DNA from: Macrostomum lignano
Lineage: Eukaryota
Length of the DNA stretch: 64,000 nucleotides
Assembly (NCBI GenBank): GCA_002269645.1
Contig: NIVC01003948.1
Location: 4,104-68,103, forward strand
Direction of reading: 5' to 3'
Below, piece after piece: positions 1 through 11,200 of this stretch. The position numbers and the translations under genes are program-made. Position 1 is the stretch's first letter, and each line of letters starts with the position of its first letter. The notes below the pieces were generated by a model, which was given only the letters and a program-made list of their open reading frames with translations, had not been told where the DNA came from and made no database searches.

Positions 1-666
1 TGACACAGAATAATCTAAAAATGGAAGGTGGGGACTATAAGCATAGACTACTATTGATTCAATGTATTAAAGACAGATAATTCTTTTTTTTGGTTCAAAA
101 TATAGAATACAATACAGTACTAGTGATATACCCAATATAATTTAAGAGTGAAGTGTCTAACTTTTGCTATCAAAGAAAGTGGGGGCAATATATAACTGGA
201 CAATAATATGGTACACACCTTAATCTAATTGAGTTTAATTGAACAATTCTTTCTAAAATATAACCAATGATTATGTACACAATATTATATATTACAATAT
301 TTGATAGGAGACACCAATGAATAATATTGTGATAGAACAGAACAATAAATAGTATTATGTACATATGCATTGGGTATACAAGTATTTGCAGAAATTATTA
401 TGTTTATCAAGTATAAATATGATAAGAAATATCATAGTATAGGAAGACATATAGCAGGACTAAATATTTTTAAATAAGCTCATATAGCTATATAAAATAA
501 AATATAATAATAATCCATATACTAAATTTAATCTAAAATTAGCTCTTACTTGTCATTATTAGTCCTATTAAAAAAATAAGTTCATTATCTTATTACTATC
601 TCAAATATAACAACAATAACTAAAGATTTATAGTTACTTTTTTGATTTAACCATAGATTAAATGAC

Positions 667-1440
667 TGTATAAAGAATCTAAGACCAAGGTTATGGTAGG
701 CAATCAGTGCAGTGACTGGTTTAGGGAAAAGTGTGAATGAGATAAGGATATATCCTATCACTTACTCTTTTCAATTGTTTCCTAGAATAGATAATGATAA
801 AAACCATAAAGGAACTAGATAAGGTTAGAATCAGCTATGGAGGAATGAATATAAAAAACTTTGCTTACAAGAATGATTTGATTGGCAAGGATAAATAAAA
901 ATTGAAAGAAATGACAACAAAGCTTGACAGAATTTCAAAAATGTTTGTCATGGAAATCAGCACAAAAAGAGCAAGACAATAGTAATAAGAAATGGTAAAA
1001 ACAAAATCAAGCCAGGGATTATGATTGATAGAGAAGAACTAGAATAGATTAAATATCTTTAAGTTTAAATATCTAGGGGCAACCATTATAGAAAATGGGA
1101 CATTGGAAGAACATAGTAAAATCAAAATTGGCATTGCAACCAGCTCAATAATAATGCTTGATGAACTTTGGCAACTCAAAAAAGTTGGTTTAAAATTTGC
1201 CTCAAGATCAAAGGTGGTCACATGGGTGACATGACACTGCTCTATAGGTGCAAGAGCTAGACTCTAGGAAAGAAAAGTATAAAGACATTCATTTTTTAAA
1301 TTAAATATTACAAAAATGCTTAAGGTTTCATAGAAAAGGAAAAAGACAAATGCATCTAGGTTTAGAGTAAAGTTAGAAAAGGTATTAGGAAAAGAACCAG
1401 AATCTTTAGAGATCAGCTCAAATACTATAGGCATCAAACA
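667..1440 (+). mobile_element. Heavily decayed RTE-like non-LTR retrotransposon reverse-transcriptase remnant
   Basis: Broken frames read LYKESKTKVMVGNQCSDWFR / V*MR*GYILSLTLFNCFLE*IM / YGGMNIKNFAY..DL / FKYLGATI..NG. These follow the order and spacing of the RTE-type RT motifs GVRQGCILSPxLFNxFLExIM, GGxxINNLRFADD and FKYLG. Many stops and frameshifts. Confidence 0.7.
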
Positions 1441-2910
1441 AAGAAAGGAGTGCAGTGATCTGCTAGTTTGGTGTTAGGCATTGCATTATTGTCAGCAGCT
1501 TTCCTCGTCCTTGCCCTGGGTTGCTGACTGTGGCTGGACAGCCTTTCTCCCTTTTTGCTGCCTGTTCTCTGGTGCCCCCTCTTCTTTGCACTCTTGCTTA
1601 TAGCCACAAGCTTCTCTGCTGTGGCCTGCTCTGCATTTCATTCCTGTCCTGAGGTCATGCTAGTGGCCTGTTTCCCTTGTCATGTGAGCAAGTCACTTGA
1701 CAAGTCTTGTTTTCTCAAAGTCCTAAAGTGTATTAAACATGTTTACTAAGGTAATTTAGGTGACTCATGTTTCTAAAAATAGATACTGAGTCATGCAGCC
1801 CTATGCACTTTACCCACAGACCCTGCCTTCTCTAAGGCAGAGGGTGACATAAGTTCTAAAAATAGAACAGAGTCACAACCACAACAAGGTCTAGCGCACA
1901 CTGGCACAGCGAGGACTCCCTGCCATAAATATGCGCCCCTCACCCTTGGTTCTATCAAGGATTTTTCTTCTTATTGTGCTTTTTTAGTCTAGTTTGCCAG
2001 ACTTTGTTATTGTTTTCTAAGCCCCTAAGTCTTCTGTCTTAATCTAGTTTCCCATTTAAGCTATCTGTCGCCTGACTAAAGATTAGATGCCCAAGCCTAA
2101 AGGAGGCTAACACTGCCTTCCTAGCCATTCCCTAAGCCCAGTAGGATCTGCTGACCAGAACACCTTGTTCATTAATCTTCAAATCTGCATGCTGTGCTGA
2201 GTTTGTTGAATTGGTTATTTTGTTCCAATGGGAAGCTCACCTCATCTAAGGCCAAGACCTAAAGGAACTGGTGGTAGCACTACCTATGCTAATAAGAGCT
2301 TCTAGTTGAGAAGATGGAGAGCCCAAATCACTGTGCTAGACAGCAAAAGAAGCACAAGTACAAAAGGAGCTATAGCAAATGTCTTTATTCAAGGAAAAAT
2401 AGGTGAAAGAAAAGGAAAACCAAAAAGGCAATAGAAAGATATCTAAAAGAATAGACTAGATAGACAATAGAGAGGCTAAGAAAAGTAGCAAAAGACAGGC
2501 AGTAATAGAATAAGCTAGTGCATGAATAAGTATAGGGGCCTAACTACAACCATTATAACTATAACAAAAAAGAACTACAAATGTGCCTATACAATTTAAA
2601 TTGATACTGAAGCTAAGATATACAGTTGGAACTTAACTATTAATAATAATAAAACAAAAACCTAAGCCTAACTACCAAAATACAAAATAGTAAAGTTTGT
2701 AAACTTAGTGTAGGTCTGGGTTTTTATTTATGCATAGTATATCTTTACACCTTAAATTTTAAAATTCCACAGTTAAATTTGAAAATCAAATATAGTTTAG
2801 GTGTAGTGTTACAACCAATTTTCATAGAAATTTCTGCTATTTAAAATTAAAATGAGAAGAAAAGAAGCTTGCACTTTAACCTCTAATTATACTTTGAAAT
2901 TAGGCATAGA

Positions 2911-3205
2911 CTTACATGCGCAACAGTCGGCCAAGTCGGCCTACTGATTTGGCAGCCAATCAAGGAAGTCGCAAAAATGCCCACCCGAAAAATACCAAAG
3001 TAGTATTACTAAGTAGCTGACGAGGCATTTTGACCTAATAATACAGTCATAGTTACTCCTGCTGTTTACCCAAAGTTGCATTAATTTTGCTTTACATTTT
3101 TATTACATGTACCTGGTAAGTCGCATTTTTGGCCAAAATTTACGTTGCATTTTTGTTAAAACTAAGTTGCATGGCCAACCGAATTTTGGAGGTTGCGCAT
3201 GTATG
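2911..3205. mobile_element. 295-bp hAT-type MITE
   Basis: 14-bp TIRs CTTACATGCGCAAC (2911-2924) and GTTGCGCATGTATG (3192-3205) with 1 mismatch, flanked by the identical 8-bp direct repeat GGCATAGA (2903-2910, 3206-3213). An 8-bp TSD is typical of hAT. Confidence 0.8.
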
Positions 3206-4099
3206 GGCATAGACAATTAGTGATTTTGTTTCTAGCAAAAATCCGCAGAGATCTTTTTGGATATGGTATTTACATATAATTTATTAGCATGCTATATGTA
3301 GTTTTATATTTTTTTAAATTAAAAATCTACTATTGTATTGTATTTTTTGTTTTAAGTGATTGTCATATGTTGTGTCATATCTATATGACTTTACAGTATA
3401 TATATACATTAGTTATATATTCCTTTTTTTATTTTAAAAAAGTTGCTTGCAAAAATTGTTTTTTTGTTTTCTTTTTTACAAATCTTTTAAATAAACTACT
3501 AAATATCAAATAGTATTGAATACTTTGTTAAAACTTTTTAATTGTTAAAAGGGTTTGTTTTAAATATTTGCTTAGCTGTTGGCTTTGCTTAAAATTATCA
3601 AATGACCCTAAAATTGAGGCAAATGAGACTTGCAAAATCCAAAATGTAATAATGATAATAATAATAACAATATTGATTTTGGATAGAAAGTTAGCAAGAT
3701 GTTAAAATGACACTGTCACCTTGTGACTTCAATGGAAAGTCATAAAACATAGTAATAACAATTACTTTGAGCTACACCATGATATATGTTATAATAAAAA
3801 AGTTTAATATAGTAGCAACATTTAATGGGAATACACAAACTAAACACAAACAGTACCTGGATACTTTGTCATCTTACAACTTTGTCATCCAGATGACGAT
3901 CTGTCCAATATCTCAGAGGGTGGATGACGAAGTGACCCTTAGACTTGTGGACACTTCGTCATCTATAAAACAAAAGTTTTCAAAGTTAGAACAAAACCCC
4001 TCCTCCCCTTCCACATCACCCCCAACATGCACATGATTTTGTTTTTTTAAGACATTGTGTTATACTCTATCAACTGCTACTTGTGCCAAGGAATGAACC

Positions 4100-4863
4100 T
4101 AAAAAATGTCCTGCTTGTCTTCACTATAATGTCAGGCAAGTCTATTCACAACTACAACACCATTTTTAATGTGCTGAGAACCCTGGTTGCTGGTCAAGCC
4201 ATGCCAGAGGCCTGTGTTCTGGATTTTGAAGCCGCTGTATGGCAGTCTCTGCACACTCTTTTTCCCCATGCAAAATTGCAGGGCTGCCTCTTTCACTATG
4301 GCCAAGCAATCTTCTGTCAGGTGCAGCAGCAGGGCCTCCAGCAAGCCTACTTGGCTGATCCTGGCACTCTGGAGTTCTGCCACATGCTAATGGCGCTGCC
4401 GTATCTGCCAGCTGAACACATGGCAGAAGGCCTGGCCCAGACTATTGCTAGGGTGCAGTTGCCAGAACTGCTCGACCTGGCTGAATATGTCAGCAGCACT
4501 TGGCTAGAGAATCTAGTGCATGGCATAAGAGAAATCAGCGTATTTGGCCAGGCTATCTGAACTAACAACAAAGTCGAAGGCTGGCACTGTCACATGCAGC
4601 AGAGGGTGGAGCAAAATCAGCTGACACTCTACCCTCTGATGGAACTGTTGCACAAGGAGGCTCAGCTGGTGCCAATATACACTGCCTTGGTGCGCGAGCA
4701 AACTGCTAACAAGCACCACCAGAAAATGCAGTATCAGCAGCTTCAAGAATTAGCAGAGCTTAACTGGGCAAAATATCGAACCAGCGAGCTCTCTGTGCGC
4801 AGCTTTTTGATCAGGTGCAGTCGCCTAGGCCACATTCCCCATTTTGGTAGGCAAGCTGAATAA
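4100..4863 (+). pseudogene. MULE (Mutator-like) transposase fragment, pseudogenised
   Basis: ORFs 4057-4560 and 4594-4863 are in one frame: LDFEAAVWQSLHTLFPHAKLQGCLFHYGQAI, LMALPYLP, then I*TNNKVEGWH (canonical RTNNxxEGxH, with CGA->TGA at 4558-4560). No TIRs identified. Confidence 0.85.
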
Positions 4864-5084
4864 GTAGAATTAAATTTCATGTTAAAAGCAAAGTGACATT
4901 TTTTACTCCCTCTCCCCTCTGCCTCCTTTTAGCGCCCAATTTCTTCTTTGTGACTGTGTCTTTGTGCCTTCAATCTTTGTGCCAAGTGTATTTATATACT
5001 ACACTCATACTCATATTCCATGACAAGTATATACTCATACTATACTAGATACATACGAGATGACAATCTTTATGGTTCTAGCTA

Positions 5085-7324
5085 GGGGGGGCCTGGGCCC
5101 CCCAATTAAGCCACAGGCCCCCCCTGTGCCCCCCCCCCAATTAAGCCACAGGTCCCCCTGTGGCCCACCCCACTTTCAGTTTTTTTCACTTTGGATTTTC
5201 CAAAAAATAGTTTGAAAAACCCATTTTTTTCTTTTTTTGCAATTTTAATTTTAGAAACAATAGTTTTTATACAAGCACTTGTAAGCTGTTGAAACCTGTG
5301 GATCTTGAACCCGTGGAATTCCAATCCCGGGAATTATTTTTGCACATATTCTAGAATTTTAAGTCATACTCAAACAAAAACTTGTTAATAGTTAGGATGG
5401 AAATGAACATAAAATAGAGTAAATTCATGTAAAATTAAGATTTGAGGCAAGCATGATCTTGTTGGCTAGGATGCTATGCAGAATATCAGGCAATGTTGAT
5501 CTAAAACATGTATTGGAAAAGTCAGGAAAACTCTGACCTCTGTCTCTGCCTCTCTCTATATGTACATCCCTCGGATCCTTTGAAACTTCTATCTTTGCTT
5601 CTATTTCCTCTCTTTTCTCTCATCTTTTGTCTCTCCTGTCATCTCTTCTTTCCTCTTTCCTCTCTTCTCTCTCCCCTCTTCTTTTGTCTCTTCCGCCACC
5701 TCTCTTCTCTCACGTCTTTTCTCTGATCCCTCCTTTCTCTTCTTTTATCTCTGCACTCTTATCGCTTTACATTTCTCTTTTTTCTTGCCTCTCTCTTCTC
5801 TCATCTCATCTCTTCCCTGTTCTTTCCTCTCTCCTCTCTCCTCACTATTTTCTCTGCTCTCCTCTCTCTTCTCTCCCCTCTACTCTCGTCTCTTCCCTTT
5901 CCTCTCTTTTCTCTCTTCTCTTCTCTTCTCTTCTCTCTCATCTCATATCTTCTCTCCTATTTCCTCTCTCCTCTCTCCTCTTACTTCTCTCTACTTTCTC
6001 CCCTCTCCATTCTCTTCTTTCTTCTCCCCTCTTTCCCCTGTTGTTGATTCTCTCCCCTCTTCTCTCTTTACTCCACTTCTTTCTCCCTTTGTATCTCTTC
6101 TCTGCTCTTACACATTTTTCTTCTCCCTACTCTCTCCTCTCATCTCCATAATCTCTTCTCTGTCCTCTGTTCTCTCTACTCTCCCATCTCTTGTCTGTTT
6201 ACTCTCATCTCTGTTCTCTGTTCTCCCCTCTCTCTTCTGTCAACTTTAATCTCTTATATGTTCTCTCATGTCTTTCCCCTATACTCTTTTATTTCCATTC
6301 TTTGACTCCTCTCTTTCCTTTCTCCTCTCTTCTCTTCTCTTGTCTCTTCTCTTCTCTCTCCACTTTCCTCTCTTTTCTCTTTCATATCTCATTTCTTATT
6401 TTTCCTGTCATCTCTACCACCTTATCTCTTTTCTCTTAACTTTACTCTTTCGTCTCTCATTTTTTTTCTTTTATCTTTGCTTGCTCTCTTATCTCTTCTC
6501 ATTTCTCTCTGCTTTCCACTCTCCCCTCTTCTTACTTCTCACTCTCCCATCTCTCAAAACTTCCCTCCTCACTTCTTTCTACTTCTCTGCTCTCATTTCT
6601 CATCTTTCCTATCTATCTCCTCTCTCCCTGATCTCTAATCTGTACTATCCTTTTTGACATCTCTTCTCTCTTCTCTCTGCTTGCTTATCTCCACCCTTTC
6701 TAATCTCTCCCTTCTCCACTCTCATCTTTCTACTCTCTCCTCTCTCATCTCTACTCTCTTCTATTTGCTCTCTACTTTCTCCTATCTTTTCTCATCTCTA
6801 CTCTTTTCTATCTCCTCTCTTTATCCTTTATCCTATCTACTTCATCCTATCTACTCTCTCCTCTTTCATCTCATCTCTCCCTCTTCTCACCTCTACTCTC
6901 TCCTCCTATTTATCCCTCCCTACCCTCTCCCCTTCTTCTCTGCCTTTTCCTCTCAGTAAAAATATATACTTTGCAGAAATTAGCCAATAATTAAATGAAC
7001 CAACAGAGTTTTTTTGATGAAAATCTGCCAGGAAAAGTAAACTGTAAAGTTAAATGAATTTGTGTTCAGCTTTCTATTCAAAAAATTTCCAATTGCAAAT
7101 CCTAAAGTGTTCTTGGGCAAAAAACATTTAGAATGTTAGTTAAATCAACTTAGCTATAGCATTCATTCTTTGCAAGATCTTTTTTGGATGTCATTTTTAC
7201 TTTTTGGTAAAAATTAGCTTTTATAATAATTAAAAAACTCAATTCAAGATGTTAGTATTGCCCCTTAAGTTTTTACTGGGCCCTAACTGGGCCCCCCATC
7301 CTGAAAACTCTGGACGCGCCCCTG
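5085..7324. mobile_element. Possible non-autonomous DNA element remnant enclosing a CT-rich block
   Basis: The right end CTGGACGCGCCCCTG (7310-7324) resembles the CAGGGGCG-type terminus of small hAT-like elements, with GGGCCCCC-rich subterminal motifs at both ends. The left TIR is decayed and no TSD was found. Confidence 0.3.
5520..6955. repeat. CT-rich low-complexity block
   Basis: About 1.4 kb of irregular (TCTC/TCTT)n. It is the source of the Leu/Ser ORFs in the track. Confidence 0.85.
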
Positions 7325-8228
7325 CCTAGGCCTAGGCTATATATCTAGGCCTACTTAATATTAAATAGGCCCTATTTTGTGGACCTAGTAGACAAAATGA
7401 TAATAGGCCTATGCCGCCTATCATAGGCCCCTATTTTTTGTAGACAAAAGAGTGGCAAATAGGTGGCCTAAACTGGTAACAGACAAAACAATTGTCAACT
7501 GTCTATACTAGGCAATGGTATGGTTTACAAGCTAGGGCCTAGGCTAGGCCTACCGCCTACTGCCAAAAATTATTTATTGATGAGCTAGAAAATACTAGGG
7601 CCTAATCAAAAGACAATTTGTCAAATAGGATGTTTCATTGATTTAACTTCAGTATAAAAAAATGGTGTTAAAAAATAAAACACATTTTATTTTTTTTGTA
7701 TTGACATATGCTTCAAGGCGCACAAAATTTTGACAAATTGTCCAACTGAGATCACGAAGAATATTTTCAACGAAAATTGTCGTTGTACCTTGCAAATAAA
7801 TCATTAAACAAAAGACAAATTCTTGACTAAGTACGGTAAAGACTTAAAAATGCGCCATTATTTACAGAAAAATGTAATATATACCACTGTTTGTGCCCAG
7901 CCCGTCGTCCAACGGTAGGCCTATATTGAAATAATTAATTATTCACGGTGTTTTATTAATTCTATAAGTTTAAACAAACAGCTAAGAATAAGCTCGCATA
8001 AAGGACGCTTAGTAATCGAATTTTCTAATTAAACTATTAACCCTATTTCTGTGTAACATTTTTTATGAAATGCTGTTTTTTAATTTTTTATGTGTTTCTT
8101 ATATTTATTTACATCTGAGCCCAGCGTTAAAAATCTTTTTTCAAGCTGAATCATTGCGCTACTTCAGTCGATGTAAATTAATTTCTGTTTAACTCTCTAA
8201 AAGATCGCTTTAAGGTGTTTACATCGTC

Positions 8229-8273
8229 ATGGATGTCGAGTACGATATTATTGTTTTGGGTACTGGACTGAAG
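8229..8273 (+). CDS. Gdi: Rab GDI exon 1 ([15 protein letters not shown])
   Basis: ATG at 8229, donor AAG|GTAATT at 8274. Confidence 0.95.
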
Positions 8274-11200
8274 GTAATTTTTGTTTTTGTCATTCTTTAG
8301 TAGCTGAGTTTTTTTACTATAAATTGTCATTCAGTAATTTACCACTGCACTGACTTCACTAAGTAATTTGCAAACACTAAAAAAATGACTAGACATCACA
8401 GGAATCTAAGACAAGAGTAAACTTAAGTGGCAAGTTTTCAAATAGATATAAATATAAAAGCTAAAAAAATGTCTAATAATAGGTCTAACTTTTGATAAAT
8501 CAGTTATCTAGATCTAGACTAGTGAGTGTATAGTCTATTGATAAGATTATAGTGATATTTTAAATGGCAATGCTTTTTTAGCTAGCATTGGTCAAATAAG
8601 CTCATCACTATTTCGCTAATACCATTAAAAATGTAACTTTTTTATTTAGTTGGCATTAGTCAAATAAGCTCATCAATTGTTTAGCTAGCAGTCTTGCCCT
8701 ATTACTAGTTAGGATAGATTTCTTACACAAAGTTGTTACATGTTTATATGCTAATAATTATATTGTCAATTCTATACACATTTGTGTTTATATACTTTTA
8801 GTAAAGGTATAGGCAATGGCTAGAGTTCCAGCATTAGAACCCATTTTCTAATGGATACGGATCCGGCAGTCCATAGTCCGGATCATGTAGTGCACGCCGG
8901 AATTTTCCGGCATGCATTTGCTTTTAGCTGGCATGCATGGTGTGCATTGGTATATATTTTAAAGGGTTGGCATATATTTTGGTATGCAAGGCATGCATGG
9001 CATGGATAGTGATGGTTTAGCATGCAATTGTACATTGCATTTAAAAAGAGATCAAATATGTGTTTCATGTATCTATATGTACAATTATAAATATTAACCA
9101 ATTATATAATGGACTTTGCATGACTAAAACAAAATGTTCTGTTATCTACAAAAACATTTTTAAGTTTTGTAAATTGGACTGTAAATACTGTAAATACAAA
9201 AATGGAAGCAAGTTTGTCTCTTTAAAGCGAAAAATGTGTTACGTCTTTTTTATATAAATTTATTATCCATATTATCAAGTCAAGTCATGGTAGTCAACAA
9301 TCGCCTATATTCTCTATCACGCTGCCCCTTCATCGGCGTGCACTGGCGTGCAATTTGAAAAAACTCTGCATCCTTGGTGTGCAAACAATTTTTTCACAAT
9401 TTTTTTTCTGGCATGCATTCAACATGATCCGGACTATGGCCAGCAATGCCATTATAATATAGATAGAACATTATATTTTTCTTTCTACAGGTGGCTAATA
9501 TTAAGATTTTGTTCTAGATTAAAATTTAAGATGATATGATAAGATTCAAGATGAGATGTTTCTAATATTTAGACTTCTTAAGATATGTTCTTAGTAGTCT
9601 TTATATGCTTCTATACGGCACTGCTAGATCCCTAGCTGTTAGAAAATGGGTTCTAGTGCTGGAACTCTAGCCATTACCAAAGTGCTTATGTGCACTTGTA
9701 CAGAAAGAATCACAGGCTATTGACTTTTATATATAATGCAAAGACTTACAATATGGTAAGTTTAACATTAGGCAATTGTTATTGTTATTGTGACCATATA
9801 AATAGCAAGACGGTTATTTTTATGGTCAACACATAAAACAAATACTATCTAAATAAAGTGATAAACTTGCTGTACAAATACTAAGAATAAAATGGTTAAA
9901 TTCAAAAATATTTTTAAAAAATTAAAAAAATGTATTTCTTATTTAACAAAACAAGGCCTTGTGTCTACTTAGCTAAATCCACTTTTCTTTGGCTTTAGTA
10001 GAGTATTTGTAGACTTAATACAAACCAGTTTTCACTAAGACTAAAAATGGCTTGATAGGCTACATGCAATATAAAATTAGAAAGAAGGCTACATCATAGT
10101 CTGGATCATGGCAGGCTTATGCTAAGATAAAAAATCTAGTTTTTTTGTTTTATGCAAGCAAGTAAAAATGTATACCAAAAATAATATTACTTAGGCCTAT
10201 ACATCCAACTTTTTACAATATATTCTTTTCAAAAAAAAAAATCCTAAAATTTAGTGTCAATCTTTCTAGAAATTTTTATTCTTTGTTTTACTTTTTTCTA
10301 TTAGTTTTTTTAATGAGGTTAGATTACCTAATTTTTGGTTGAAGTTTTGATTGAAACAAATTATTTTAGTTTACTAGGTTTTTTACTAGCCTATTATAGT
10401 GTAAATAAGATTAATAAAAGTTTTTGTATAGCCTTAGTATGTTATTAATAACTAACTACACTGTAGGCCTAATGCATTATAAAAGAATTTATATAGAGTT
10501 TGGGTTTGCTTGCAACATTACTAAATAGTAATGTAATGCTATCTGATACAATTTTAATGTGCAAGTTTGGATCCAGAATCAGGCAATTTCTGATCCTTAA
10601 AAACCCATGCGCCACACTATTAATAAACTATCATCTCTACAAAAATATCAAACAGGAATGCATTCTCAGCGGTCTGATGTCAGTCAGTGGCAAGAAGGTG
10701 CTGCACATGGACCGCAATAATTACTATGGCGGAGACAGCGCTTCAATCACGCCATTGAATGACCTGTTTGGCATGTTCAAGATGGGCGATCCGCCAGCCT
10801 ATTTGGAGAAATTCCGTGACTGGAACGTCGACTTAATCCCCAAATTTCTCATGGCCAACGGCGCCCTGGTCAAGCTGCTGCTATTCACTGGCGTCACTCG
10901 CTACCTCGAGTTCAAGAGCGTTGAGGGTAGCTACGTTTACAAGGGCGGCAAGATTCACAAGGTGCCGTGCAACGAGAAGGAGGCCCTAGCCAGCTCGCTT
11001 ATGGGCATGTTTGAAAAGCGAAGGTTTGTCAGAGTTAAATATTTATACGATATTCTGCATGTGTACAGTTTCTCTCTCTGTTTCACTGACTCGTTGATAC
11101 CTTCCGATTCTTTAGGGGTCACTGACTCCCTGCTACCCTCCGATTCTTTAGGGGTCACTGACTCCCTGCTACCATCCGATACTTCAGGGGTCACTGACTC

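Noticed and set aside
1-2700. Fungal-type RIP (CpA->TpA) hypermutation
   Set aside because: Most diagnosable changes are explained by CpG deamination on one or both strands; only isolated CpA cases were seen.
1441-2700. Possible gag/ORF1 remnant
   Set aside because: CpG-depleted and TE-like, but no zinc knuckle or other motif could be read convincingly in any frame.
3923-3963. 12-bp perfect inverted repeat GATGACGAAGTG/CACTTCGTCATC upstream of the MULE fragment
   Set aside because: Isolated short hairpin with no partner at the other end of the MULE and no TSD; cannot be tied to a feature.
8180-8228. Spliced-leader trans-splice acceptor upstream of the Gdi ATG
   Set aside because: AG dinucleotides are present but cannot be distinguished from a 5' UTR cis-intron or chance without cDNA.
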